This document shows, in pieces, positions 11,095-23,599 of a DNA stretch of 64,000 nucleotides (position 1 is the first letter of the stretch; each line of letters opens with the position of its first letter). A program made the position numbers and the translations under genes. Where the stretch lies: positions 88,060 through 152,059 of the forward strand of contig NIVC01002038.1 in assembly GCA_002269645.1 (NCBI GenBank). Direction: 5' to 3'. Origin of the DNA: Macrostomum lignano. Lineage: Eukaryota. The notes beneath the pieces are model-generated. The model was not told where the DNA came from. It saw only the letters and a list, made by a program, of their open reading frames with translations, and ran no database searches.

Positions 11095-14000
11095 GCACAT
11101 AGGTTTTCTGACCTGGGTTTATGACTAGTCTATCCGGCTCCCGTCTGTCTCGAACTGGTCTTACTTCTCAGGCTGGCTGTTTATTATTATTTCGAGCTGT
11201 TAGATTATCTTCCTGTACTGGCATAACTTGCACTGGCATAACCTGCACTGGCACTGGAACATTATTCTGATTCTGCACTGGCACAAACTGCACTTTTGCT
11301 TCCTGCTCACTCTTACTTACTCTCACTCGTACATAGGATTAAGCGGTATATTTTCTCAACTAGCCTGGCACAACTGCTTTCGGCTTTTCTTCCTCACTGA
11401 CGTAATGGGCTGTTGGTACTGGTAGTAAATTGTCCCTATGCATAACTAATTCCTCTTTTCTAGCCTTAGTAATTTTGTTTAATACTAAGCTCCCTATACG
11501 TAAGTCTGGTTGCTTTGGTTTGTTAGAGTAGTGTTGCTCACGCTTACTTTGTATTAACTTAAGCCGCTGTTTGGCGAGTTCTTGCCCCTCTTGCAGGTGA
11601 GTTAAGTGCTCTTGAACATAAACAGGCAGATCGGCGAACGCCTTTGGCTGCTGGAATACGTTGCCACTCGGCATTTAGGCCTCTCTTCCAAACACAAGAT
11701 AATGCGGGCTGAAACCTGTGGCTGTGTTCGTACTGGTGCGTAATGCGGTGATACAACCGGGCAGTAAAACATCCCAGTTCGCCTGTTCTTTATTGAGCAG
11801 ACACGTGAGAATTGACTTAATTTGTTTATTTAAATTTTCTACTAGCCTATTGCTTTATAGATGATAGCTCGTTGTCCTTGTGTGTCTAATCGCATAGATG
11901 TCTAGAAATTTCCTGAATGCTCTCCCTGTAAATTGAGTTCCTTGATCTGTTTAAATCCACTGAGGTATCCCGAAGTCTGTGAAAACTCGCTTCTGTAGAG
12001 TTTTGATTACCGTCTTAGCCTTTTGACTTTTTATTTCAAACGTAAATAGAAATTTGCCAGTGCTGTCAAAAACTGACACGACGTACTTGTTACCCGATTT
12101 GATAGTCTGTTCAGACCAATCAAATCGATGTTAAGGCGTTCGACAATAGGAAATTTCTGTACTGGTGCCTTGCATCGCTTCCTTGACTTACTTTCTAAAC
12201 AGGATTTGCACTTGGCGACGTTTTCGACTGCTGTAGCTAAACCTACTCTCCAAAATCTTTCCTTAATTCGCTGATAAGTTTTGTCTCTACCTAAGTGACC
12301 TAACGGGGAATCGTGGAATTCGTGAAAGACTTCACCATCCAAAGACTTAGGCAACACCACTTTAGATTAGGTCCGCCCTAAATTTAAGTCTATTTGAGAA
12401 CACCGTTTTCTATCCTGAGGAGTTCAAAGTAACCTAGCAGATTTCTGATCCCGTGAGACATTTCTAGTTTTTCTTGAAAATTCAGTTTCGGCAAGTCAGA
12501 CTCAATCATATTCCTAACATAGCTTAGTGCGGGGTCAGCTATGAGCTGTGTCCAAATTTTCACGACGCACTGGGCTTCAAAGGTAATCACTCAGCAGTGC
12601 ATTGCAAACAAGCGGGTGCCCTTTCCTTGATTCCTGTTCTTGCTTTCTACTTAGCAACCTGCTACTAAAACTCGGAGTATTGTGTCGGTTCGGCGCAATA
12701 TTCAGTGGCGAACAGCATGACATAACCCCACTGTGCAGACTGCAGGTTTCGGCTTGCGCGGAATTGCCTGAGTTCACAGTAACAGCTGCAACTGGGTCTG
12801 TGTTCACAGTTGCCCTACAGCTTAGCGACCTGGCATGTGGGAATGTCTCATCCTGTTGAAGATCCGGGATCCTGGATAGAGCATCGGCATTCAAATGTTT
12901 TGGGCCACTTCTATGCTCAATCTTAAAATACAGTTCACTAAGTCTCGATCCAATGACCTAAAATGCCTGTCTGTTCGGTTTGGCGAAGCAACCAGGTTAA
13001 GGCGTTGTAATTAGTGCGCACCTTAAAATGTTTCCCTACGAGGTAAAACCTGAAGTACTTTAGCTAGTCAACAATCTCTAGAAGCTCCTTCCTCGTAATC
13101 GGATACCTAGTCTCTGACTGTCTCATATTCCGACTAAAATACGCGATCGGTCTCTCGACTCCGTCGCTCTGCACTTGATTCAAGACCGCCCCAATTCTGA
13201 CATCTGATGCATCAGTGTCTAACACAAAATAAACTTGGGGGTCTGTATTAAACTCTAGGTAAGCAAGCACTTCTTCGGAACACATCCGTTCCTTATAACA
13301 GTTTTTATTCCTTTTATCTTCTGCTCACAAGTCAGAAAGACTTTCGAACACACCTGGCCTCTGAGCGCCCTGTTATGAGTGTGAGGCTCACATCTCCGAA
13401 TCTCTCTCTGTACCGAAAATTATTCAAGACAGTGTATTTTATAGTCAAGCAAGCAAACTGGTTTAGTTGACAAAATGAAGAGCAATGCATAGTTTGAGCG
13501 GGGCAGGGTTATCGCTCGAGCAGTTTTTCTCTGTCCCGTTGTTAGGCAACCATATCACCCCCAAAGCATTGTTGCGAGTCTACTGTGTCACGCGTTCGCA
13601 GGCTGCTGGCTTGGCCTTCGAACCTCAACTTTGTTATCTTCCCTTTAGTGTAGAGCTGGTCTGGCTGGATAGAACCGGTCGAGACGAGAGGAGGCCGTTG
13701 TTTTTTCGCTTCGATGTAAGCACAATTCCAGTGCTTACATTCCTTCAATAACTCGAAGCATTCATCATGAATCCTGGTCCATTTGTCCTGGATACATTTG
13801 ATGTTCTTCTTCGTTATCTCACATTGGCGCTGCTACCTCAGCAAAATCACTAACGAATTTTCGATAGTAATTGCAGAGTCCGAGAAAACTTTGAGAAAGC
13901 TCTGTCGCAGATTTAGGTTTCGGTCAGTTCCTGATTGCTTCTAATTTTGTCGCATCTCTCTTAATTCCTGATTTGCCTATGACGTGTCCTATGTATTGTA

Positions 14001-16520
14001 ATTCAGATTTGAAAAGGTGACATTTCTTAGCTTTTATTTTCATATTAGTTTGGATTAGTCTTTCGAGCACTTCCTTCAGGTGTTCTAAGTGAGATTCAAA
14101 GTCTACTATGAACTATTACATCATCTAAGTAAGCTATGGCGAACTTTTGTGCAACGTCCTTGAGAACTAAGTTTATGCACCTTTGAAAAGTTCCTGGAGC
14201 TCCTTGCAAACCCATTAGTAACACTTCGTACTCAAACGAACCTCGATGTAAAGTTGGAAAGATAGTCTTGCACTTATCTTCTTCCCTAAGAGCTATCTGA
14301 TAATATCCCGAAAGTAGATCTAACGTAGATAATTAAGTGGCTTTGTGGAGGCACGAGAATGTTTTATTTATATTAGTTATAGGCTGCGGAAAGTACTCCG
14401 ATTTGTTATTTAGTGTTCGATAGTCGTTAACTAGTCTCAGCGAACCATCTTTCTTAGGTACTATGACTAATGGAGTCGAGTACTGCGAGTAACTAGGCCT
14501 AATGATGCCTCTAGCCAACATGAGCCTCTAACTGCTCATCTACCTCCTTGATCCGATGAGGTGGAATTTTCCTAGCTGGTATCTGAACTGGGTTGTTTTC
14601 CTTCAAGATTATCTCATGAGTGACTAAATGCGTTCTGCCTAAGTCTAACTCGTGCTGTGAGAAAGCTGTTCGTTGACGACCTCGATCACCTTCTGTCTTT
14701 GCTCCTGAGTCAGTTTATTTCCTATGTTAATGTCACTAATCCAGTCTTCTAATTTTTCTTGCACCTGTCTGATGTTTTCGCAAAACTGCGTGTCCCTATT
14801 CTGGCACGACTGCGCTGTTTCGGGTTGCTCCTTACGATAGTTTAATTCCCTGGTCAGGAGTGGCTTAGCCATCCCTACTAACGCTGATGCTGGAACTCTA
14901 GCTTCCTGTGAACTGGTGTTAATCAATTCTACATAAGCTTCTCCTTGCCTAAGAGTTACTAAACTTGGCTCTACAGTTACTTACTCTGCTCTAGTTTTTA
15001 ATCCTGGTCTGAATGGCTCAAAAACTGACGGCACTGCGAAATTAGTTTCACTCTCCGTGGCTAATCTAACCTTAACTAAACCTTAAGTTAACTGTGAACC
15101 TTAAGAGTAAGCCTTAAGTAACCTTAAGTAAGTAAACCTTAAGTAAGTAATAGTTAACCTTGACTAAACTATTAGCTGAAACTGTCGTCTTTTCTGCCAC
15201 ATATATTCCTTTAACTCGAGGCTTAACTCTGGTTGATCGAAGTGGAATTCTAGTTCCTTGCTTCATAGTTAGCATTCTTGCTTCAAAGTCGATAATAGTA
15301 CAATATTTTTGGACAAACGTCACAGCTATTACATTGTTTACGTCTGCGTCACATGAGAGAAACTCGATTTCTTCTTCGAAATCACCAAATATCGCCTTAA
15401 TAACTACGGAACCCTTAATTAGAATTAGCTCTTCCGTGAATGATACGATTATATTGTTCCACCGCCTAATTAAGTGACTATTCTTGCCAGTGAAAAGATG
15501 CTTCCAGTTTTCGCGTCCTAGAATGTTCCTATTGCTTCCAGTGTCTAATAAGTAAACTACCTGGTACCTCCTTATTTAGAATGCTTCCAGTAATATACGG
15601 ATCGTAATTTTGTTTTTTAGTTGATTCACTCAATTTTGTGGTTTCATTTGCTGCTTACTAGAACAAGTTTGCTGCTGTGGTGCGTGTGAAAAGTGCTAAG
15701 AATAAGTTATTGGCTGATTAAATGATTGATTAAATAGTTGCGCATGCATACTGTTATACACTGAAGAATTCAATTCACTATTTACAGAAAAACTATTGCT
15801 GCTATTTCGCTGCTGCCTTGGCCTTGTTGCTGGCCTTGGTACGGCTTCTGCTTAGCCTTCTGCTTAGCACTCTACTGGTGTCGGAGCAACTCCTGAAGCA
15901 CCCTCTGTTGGCTCTAGCGCCTCACCTTGCTTTCGGACTAACTCTTTCATGCTGTTCTCAGCCTCATCTCCCCCAGTTGCCTTGCACTGAGCTGGATCTC
16001 TTCCTCGGCGAGACATGGCATACGCTATTTTGATACGTTGCAAGACTCGACGTGTTTCTTGGAGTGTGTTCGCCTGTGCTAGCAGTAGCTTCTCCCAGTT
16101 AGATGGGGAAACGCCCTATAGGCTAGCTCTGTCAGCTTCTCCGCGTAGTCTTCAGAGCTTTCTGTCTTAGATTGGTATCTGCTACAGAACTCTTCCCTAG
16201 CTTATTGGGCACTACCCGCATGCGTAAATCGTTCGATTAGCCTATCCTTAAATTCTACATATGGAAGATTAGGGTCTAAATTTAGCCTTGTCACAATAGC
16301 AAACGCTGACTGGACATCTAGGTTAGAGAGCAGTTCATTCTTTCAATCAACTGCCGCTATCTCATCTGCGATACACCTTTGCTTAAAAGCCTGAATCCAC
16401 ACGTCTATATCTTCGTATTTCCTATTCCTTCGTAGTTCCTATTATAATAAGTTTCGGTAGACTCCGTCCCTTATTTCAGACCAAATGGCAGACTCCCTTT
16501 AGTCTCCCTATGTTACCCTA
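11095..16520 (-). mobile_element. Degenerate Ty3/Gypsy retrotransposon (gag-PR-RT-RH-IN), no LTRs recognised
   Basis: Gag-like frame ~16100-16500; protease LLDTGSNRNILG ~15530; RT GIIRPSYSQYSTPLVIVPKKDGSLRLVNDYRTLN (14333-14521) and AIAYLDDV; RNase H LDTDASDVRIGAVL...RKELL (13064-13285); integrase HDSPLGHLGRDKT...CKSC (12031-12360); terminal RPVRDRREPDRL near 11130. There are many stops and frameshifts. Confidence 0.9.
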
Positions 16521-18028
16521 ATTACCATATTTCCTAGATTCCCTGAGAGAGAATTAAACTTCGTTTATACAAGGAAAGACATCCTTTATAATAACTGTGG
16601 TCTTTGAAACTTTGTCTCTGAAAACGGGTCCTAACGGAAAATCCCAAACGGATGCTTTTCCCGACGCTCAATAGCTCTATACTAATAGGCAAACCCACTT
16701 CAGCGCGATTTCCCATCGCTTCTATTACTTTCCCGAGGTTGATCTACTATTTGCAGTGTAAAAGCAAAAACTGCTTATTCTTAATTTCGACCTTTTAAAT
16801 AATTTCTTTTGGACGAATGATAATCTAGCTGGCAAACGCCTTATAAAAAGATAAGCAAAACTGCTTTGGAATAACCCCCTACTACAGAAAGAATCTCGAG
16901 TGACTCAAAACAATGCTTAGTGATACTGGAATGAGTGCAACCTTACAGGCTAAATTTACGGGCCACCTTGTCATAAAATGCGAGCGTATGTGCAACAATC
17001 GCGGAAACAGACTTTGATAAAAGTTTTCCCACGAGTCGCTTAAAAAAACAGAAACTAGAAGCGAAAAATAAACTTTTTGCTTTTAAAAATTGCTTTAGTT
17101 TTAGCTCGAAGTCATCAAATATATTCAAAAGCATCAATAGTAAAGTGTTAAAACGCTGATGCATATAATTATTTGAGTCACAGAGTAGAGCCTTTTTTAG
17201 TTTTAGCAGTAGTGCTTAATAAGCCGTTATTAAAATATTCTGAGAAGCAAATAATAACTTAATTTGTCTTCATAGAAACAGCGATCAGCCTTTATTCGCG
17301 ATGACCAATTCTTCCGTGCATTGACGGTGTGTTTGGAAGATCATGAAGTGTCTCATGAAGTGGCTTATCACAAGGAGCCTGCCTTAGACCCAGATAATGA
17401 ACGTGAAGTACTGACTGTTAGCTTCCTGATTAAGTTTCAGGCACTTAAGATCCACCTTAAGTTCCGGCGCGTTTTCTCTCGGAAGCTTTTCAGTCGTAAT
17501 GTAGTGCTGCGTTACGTAATGCTGTGCTGCAACCAGTGCCTTTGAGTCTCAGCCTTCGGTGATGTGAGGGTCCCGTCGGAACGAGTGAGATTAGCACTTC
17601 GTGCAGATTTTGCAGTCAAGCAGTGTGACTGGCTCACATGATATAAGGGAATGAGCGCACTAGTGAAGAAAATAGTAACCTTGGAACCGGAAAACAGTCC
17701 TGCCACTAGTGAACCACTAGTGACCACCACAGAGCGCGAACCAAGAACAAGCGTAACCAAGCCGCCAGGCACTGTAAACAGGAGCACAAAGGGAGCGGGA
17801 GGGAACAGAGCAGAAAAGGGAGGGGGAGTGGCAGACGAGAGCTCAGAGTGAGGGCGAGGAAAACTGCTGACAGAAGGGAGATGCTTAACAGCTAAAATAG
17901 CGTCTCACTATAGACGAATTATCTATGAATCCTTGAAATCTCCCATGCATTTCCATGATTATCCATGATGAGTTTACACCCATGATCATTTATACGAATC
18001 ATTTATACATATTAATGCTAATCCACCC

Positions 18029-19759
18029 ATGACCATCCATACTACTTACGTTCGATTACTTTTTACTAGGAGTTATCTCAGTGATGGCTACCATGACTAT
18101 CTTTGTAAAGTATTAGATGCTATAACCTGCTCTGCCGACCGCCGCCGAATTGCGTCCAAAGGTGCACTCGCCGCCGTGGCAACGCAGGAGGGTCATCCGG
18201 TAATATACGTCTCCCGTACCCTTTCGGCCGCTGAAAGCAACTATTCAAACATCGAACGCGAAGCACTTGCAATCTTCTGGGCCGTCTCCCGACTCAAGCA
18301 TTTCCTACACGGTCGCAAGTTCGTGATTCAGACAGATCATCAGCCGCTACTGCGCCTCTATGGAAGCGGGATTCCGCTAAATACGTCAGCGAGGATTGGC
18401 CGCTGGGCCATGTACTTAATGCAGTTCGACTTTGACATCCGGTACGCGCGAGGGAGCAGCATTCCCCATGCTGACGCAATTTCTAGACTGCGCTTTGACG
18501 ACTGCACCTCGGACGACGAGGAGACGTTTGAAGCTATTAATGCTGTGGCTTTTGAGGCACCGGTGATTGACGCAGATAGGGTTGCAGCCGAACTGAGTAC
18601 TGACGCGTTCGCTCAACGCATCTTGGAGCGTGTACGCTCCGGCAATTGGAGGAGTTTCAGTCAGGCAGAGGCATCCTTCAAGAAGGTTGCGGAGACACTA
18701 ACGCTGGAGAACGGGCTTCTCTATATGCAGAGACGCGTGTTTATACCACCGCGGCTGCGCAAGGCAGCGTTTGAGGCCGTTCATGACACCCATTCAGGTG
18801 CACAAGCTTCGTACAACCTGCTCTCAGCGTCCTGCTGGTGGCCTGGCATGCAGCAGGATGTAACCCAGTTTTTCCAGCGCTGCCCAGGCTGTTGCCACTT
18901 GCGACCTCGCTTGGGAAATGACAGAGACCACTGGCCGGCAGCTTCGTACCCGTTTCAACGTATCCATATGGAATGGGCCTATGTGAAGGACGCCGGTAAC
19001 ATTCTAGTCATCGTTGACACATTTTCTGGCTGGATAGAGGCATTCCCTTGTCGGAATAGAACTGGCGAATCAGTTATGCAGTGTTTGCGCGCAGTGTTCG
19101 CACGCTTTGGAGTGGCCGAGCTGGTAGTGTCCGATAATGCACCAGAGTTCATCGGTGATCCCCTCTACTCTTGGCTACGGGCCAATGGTGTCCATAAACT
19201 TGAATCGCCAGCTTATTATCCACAGGCAAACGGAGCGGCCGAACGCGCTGTACAGACCGTCAAAGCTGCACTGCGCGCGTGGTCAGAGAGAATTACGCAC
19301 ATGGAATTCAGCCATTTTCTGCAGAAAGTGCTGCTCCACCATCGGAACTCAGCATCGTCGCGGGGGCAATGCCCGGCCGAGATACTGTTCGGCAAAAAGA
19401 TCAGAGTAGCGGTGGTGACGCACTTTGAGCAAGGTGACGGCGTCATGTATCGGCCTACCGCCTCCGCAAGCACCAACTCAGCCACATTTCTAATGACGTC
19501 AGGGCGCAACACCGCATGGATTCTGGCTAAAAATGGATTGCACCTGGCCAGTACAAACCAACTGGCGCCCGCGGCCGATCCATTCGCCACCGACGAGGAG
19601 GATAGCTATGAAACCGATGCTCCAGTTCCGAACGTCGACGAGGACTCAAGAGACGAAGACCCTGCTACGGTACAGGAGGGTCCAAGCCAGGAGCATGGGG
19701 CTGCGTTGCCCCGCCGTAGCACCCGTGCATGCCGCGCGCCTGATCGCTTCTCACCATGA
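18029..19759 (+). CDS. Open 576-aa chimeric ORF: ~41 flank-derived codons fused to Gypsy (Mag/K02A2.6-like) RNase H-integrase
   Basis: ASKGALAAVATQEGHPVIYVSRTLSAAESNYSNIEREALA, TDHQPL, HDTHSG...CPGC (HHCC), SDNAPEF and NGAAERAVQTVK are present. The RNase H first Asp is lost at the junction and the first integrase Asp position reads E (HMEWA). Gag, PR and RT are absent. Confidence 0.85.
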   Translation: MTIHTTYVRLLFTRSYLSDGYHDYLCKVLDAITCSADRRRIASKGALAAVATQEGHPVIYVSRTLSAAESNYSNIEREALAIFWAVSRLKHFLHGRKFVIQTDHQPLLRLYGSGIPLNTSARIGRWAMYLMQFDFDIRYARGSSIPHADAISRLRFDDCTSDDEETFEAINAVAFEAPVIDADRVAAELSTDAFAQRILERVRSGNWRSFSQAEASFKKVAETLTLENGLLYMQRRVFIPPRLRKAAFEAVHDTHSGAQASYNLLSASCWWPGMQQDVTQFFQRCPGCCHLRPRLGNDRDHWPAASYPFQRIHMEWAYVKDAGNILVIVDTFSGWIEAFPCRNRTGESVMQCLRAVFARFGVAELVVSDNAPEFIGDPLYSWLRANGVHKLESPAYYPQANGAAERAVQTVKAALRAWSERITHMEFSHFLQKVLLHHRNSASSRGQCPAEILFGKKIRVAVVTHFEQGDGVMYRPTASASTNSATFLMTSGRNTAWILAKNGLHLASTNQLAPAADPFATDEEDSYETDAPVPNVDEDSRDEDPATVQEGPSQEHGAALPRRSTRACRAPDRFSP

Positions 19760-20305
19760 TTGACTCACTGACAATTCTTCAGATAACAAAAACTGCTCTA
19801 CTTAATCATATACCTAACATGACGCTCTGGCATAGTCGTTTCCCACATATGATAGTTTGAATAGTTCTTTCTATGATTGTTGCTCTTGTTGTTGAATATC
19901 GGCCCCACGCCCTTCGTTCCGTAAGGGGGACATGTTGTGCATCAGAGCTCAGCCTATAGCTTTAGTGCATTATTGTTTTTCTGTCTATGTGACTTAAGCT
20001 CGCTCAACTTTCGTTTTGTTGCTGTTTAGTTAGTCTATGGCAGTATACTCTTTCTTTCGCAGAGCTCCTCTCGGTTTCAGCCCTTCTCCCCCTCAAGACC
20101 CCGCCTAGAGCTATGCGTTCAAGATTCCTGATTATACCATCAAATATAAACGATAACCTTGCACCGCTCGTCATCTTAATCTCGACACACATCACTACTT
20201 ACGTTCGATTACTTTTTACTAGGAGTTATCTCCGTGATGGCTACCATGACTATCTTTGTAAAGTATTAGATGCTATAACCTGCTCTGCCGACCGCCGCCG
20301 AATTG
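18041..20305. repeat. 112-bp direct repeats (18041-18152 and 20194-20305) bracketing the RH-IN-LTR fragment
   Basis: actacttacgttcgattac...ccgccgccgaattg occurs twice, with one mismatch seen (ttatctcA/Cgtgatgg). Confidence 0.9.
19933..20194 (+). repeat. Probable 3' LTR (~262 bp) of the RNase H-integrase fragment
   Basis: It follows the polypurine aaggggga (19923-19930), begins TGTTGTG, has aaatataaa ~45 nt before its end and ends cacacatCA. No second copy is present to confirm the boundary. Confidence 0.55.
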
Positions 20306-21380
20306 GTGTGTGTTTTACTGCGATTCGATGTCGAGCCTTTTCCGGGCTAATGTATGTCGATTTTCTATATTTAGAATTTTGCTACTTCTTCGGCTACTTA
20401 AGAGACCTAAAATATGTTATAAAAATGGCATTTTTGTACTACAAAACATTAAACAGAATATACCCTACTCTCCTCGCATGGATAAATCATAGATGAAGCA
20501 TCTATGATGCCGTGTGTGGATCATACCTGGGTGCATACCTGGAGCGTTTATTGACTACTGGTTCAACTGGAATTGCTTGTTCTATCATATTCTCGGAATT
20601 ACTCATTGAGCAAAAGAGAGAACCCTCTCCCGAACTGTGGTCTTTCTTCCGAATGGGTTCATATTTTTCATCATCGGCAGTTGCATTATTAGTCTCTGTT
20701 TGAGTCGAGACATCTGCTTCGCTACTGGAAAGAGCTGTCTCTTCTTCGTCGCTGTTGGACAGAGGAGCTTCATCTTCATTCTTCAGCTTTATCTGCGTCG
20801 CTACTGGACTGAGCAACTTTATCGACGTCGCTGCTGGTTGGAGCAGCCGAAAGGCTTCGTAGAAAATATTTCTCTTAGCCTTGCAGATGGGTGTGGCTTA
20901 GCTTAATGTACTCAGACAAAGCCGCCTTGCAAAATGTGATTTTTGAGTAGTCCTAGACAACGCTTAGTAGCACTTTCAGAGAACATGTCCGGTAGCAAAC
21001 TTCAGGTAACGGCATCTTGAATTCGTGATCGAGGATTTCTAACATATCATAGAGGATTCTCTTGCTGATTAATGGTAAAATATATGATTCAAAGCTGTTA
21101 GTAAGTATTATTATTGCCTGTTCTGGACAGGTAAAAGGGCTTTGGATTTTCGGCTGGCACACTAAGCACAAACTCTGCGACAGTATTCGTAGTATCAACA
21201 CGAATGCTTTCGATGCGTTGCCAAAACGGCGATAACCGCATCAGTTTTTTGTCCCCAGATTTTTATGCTGGGTATAACGTCAGGGCATCTTTCACCTTCG
21301 GAGAACGTCAACTCTTCAAAGCCAATTCGTCGCAGCGTTTTTTGTAGGAAATCACGAGAAGAGGTGTCAGCAAGCCTTAA

Positions 21381-22324
21381 CCCTCGAACGTTGGGGAAAA
21401 CAATTGTCGGTTTATTATATTTGGGGTCCAATGGACCCCTCTGAGTTGATGCATGTTAACAATGCTTTATTGATTATTTATATTGTTCAAAGCAAAAAAC
21501 TACCAATACAATGGCGAACGTAATACATTAGCCGCATATTATCTCAAGAACATAGCAACTGATTCAGGTACTTTCTAAATGAAATTATGCAATGAAGTTG
21601 AGAGTACTGATTAGTATTTGCTAATTACTAATTATTGTAACTGCAGTGTAACTACATGTATAATGAAAAATGTCTTGCAATTCTACGAATATATTGGAAC
21701 ACGAAGGATAAAGCAGAATTTGTCAGTAAATAGCACCCGAAAAGAAATCTCACTCTGCAGGCTCCCCCATGCATTCGAGGCAGACTGACTGCAGGTGCCC
21801 CGAGCAACAGTACCGTTGGCAGGTAGCTCTTACGACCATCGGTCTAGAAGAAGCCATTTTGCGAATTTTCGCAAATACTTGCTGAGTAAATGCTTGGTAT
21901 AGTAGTTTTCTCTATGAATCAGCTGGAAAATCTTTTGTTTTAGAATAGCTATTTTCACAAGATTAGGGCAAGAGGGTGCGGTGCTCCTTATATACCCATC
22001 AGCTATATATAGAGTATTCTAGAAATAGAAAATATTAGAAAGTTTAGAAAATATTGAACCGCCCCAACCGACCTTATGTGTTTCAACTATATAAATATAG
22101 AACATTAGTTACGGGGTCCACTGGACCCCAAGAACCCCCAATATAATAAGTTCACTTGGTGAACTGGGCTTATATAAAATAAGAACAACGATGCTTATAT
22201 GGTTGAATACCTTCAAAAATAATAATTCTCCTAGCATCTGGTTGTTTTAACATAATATTTAGTATGATTTTATTCTAACTAAAGATACCGTTGGGGTCCA
22301 ATGGGCCCCAAAATCTTTCGAGGG
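21381..22324. mobile_element. Non-autonomous piggyBac-type element (944 bp)
   Basis: TTAA-CCCTCGAA...TTCGAGGG-TTAA, with TSDs at 21377-21380 and 22325-22328. Subterminal palindromes GGGG(T/C)CCAnTGG(A/G)CCCC lie at ~21423, ~22112 and ~22293. Confidence 0.85.
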
Positions 22325-22893
22325 TTAAGGCAGAAAAATGAGTAGTTTCGATTTTCTGACGATTAATCATTAAAAATAGCGGGAATTAATTGCTCCAACC
22401 TTCAAAAACTCAAAGGACGATAGCTCCACTCCATTGCAGCAAAGTACAAAGTAAAGCGCCGTTTTCGTCCCGTCAGAGCATTGATGGCAGACCAGGCCAC
22501 GCGCCCTCTGGCATCGGGCCCAGCAGCAGAGACGGCCTGAATGGCGCTTGAGATAGATAGCCGCCAGTACATTCTCTGCTCAGACTCTCTATCTAATTTG
22601 ATCGATATCCGGGGCCAAGTGCTTTTAGTCCCTATTTGAGATTACTTTAGTGGGTTGGAGCAGGAACTAATAAAAATTAGCACCACTGGACTGGAAGCTC
22701 CCCTCACGCATTTACTTTAGTGTTGGCTTATCTTATCGTATAGTATTATACGATATGACAAATAGTTAGGCCCTAAACAAACCTATTTTGGAGCGTTCGG
22801 AGATTTTAAAGCTATTGGCCCTATTTGTCTATCGCCAGTCGGCGAGTCCTACCAGTCTTTCTCCAATAGCCGCAGGTACAGTACAAGAAAAAG

Positions 22894-22969
22894 AAGAACA
22901 CGATCCGAATAGAAGAACACGATCCGAATAGAAGAACACGATCCGAATAGAAGAACACGATCCGAATAG
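22894..22969. repeat. Minisatellite, 4 x 19 bp (aagaacacgatccgaatag)
   Basis: Four perfect head-to-tail copies with no spacers. Confidence 0.95.
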
Positions 22970-23599
22970 ATGTAGAGAGAGGCCATTACGACAGTCTTAA
23001 ATACCAACGGCATACGAAGGCGATTCGTTCGGAGACATTACTGCTCCTAGTATAACTATTTAAACTTTATGATGAGATTATATGAAAATGGAAAAATATT
23101 GAATCAAGGTCAGGCTCTGAACAAACTTGTTTAAGAATAGTTACGTGATCCAGAGGGAGGGAGGTGGAAGACTCCTCGGCTGTAAAAGTTTTAAATCGAA
23201 AACACGAATAGCACGAATACAGACTGGCTTATTGCTGTCCGTGAATGATGGCACCGATTCCATCCACAACCTTCACAGTTACGACCTTCTCCATCTGTGA
23301 CGGCTAAAGCTACACAGAAGACAAGGTCACTCAGCGCAAGGCCACTTGAAGATCCAACTCTTGCAGTTATGGACCACAGCTGGCGATCAGACGGGAGGCA
23401 TATGGCGTCCTGCTAAAGCATGGTATTATATTTTAGCAGTATTAAATAAACGAGGCGTAAAGGCGGTGGTTCATGAATATATATTTGAGAACAAGATAGC
23501 TTGGGCAGAAGGAAGCAACCGTTTGATTGCGAATGTCTTATATTTATAGTTTTTGCTATGGAACATTTCGGAGGAAAGATAAGTCTAAAGAGTACGCGC

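Noticed and set aside
11095-16520. RIP-like TpA enrichment in the degenerate Gypsy
   Set aside because: The intact Gypsy shows similarly frequent CTA/TAG usage with an open frame and near-identical LTRs, so codon bias explains it. A dinucleotide index would be needed to revisit this.
17625-17910. Solo LTR (tgtgac...gtctcacta)
   Set aside because: The composition is LTR-like, but the right end is not CA and no TSD or second copy was found.
22894-22969. Possible CRISPR array
   Set aside because: The repeats are head-to-tail with no spacers, and there are no cas genes in this eukaryotic context.
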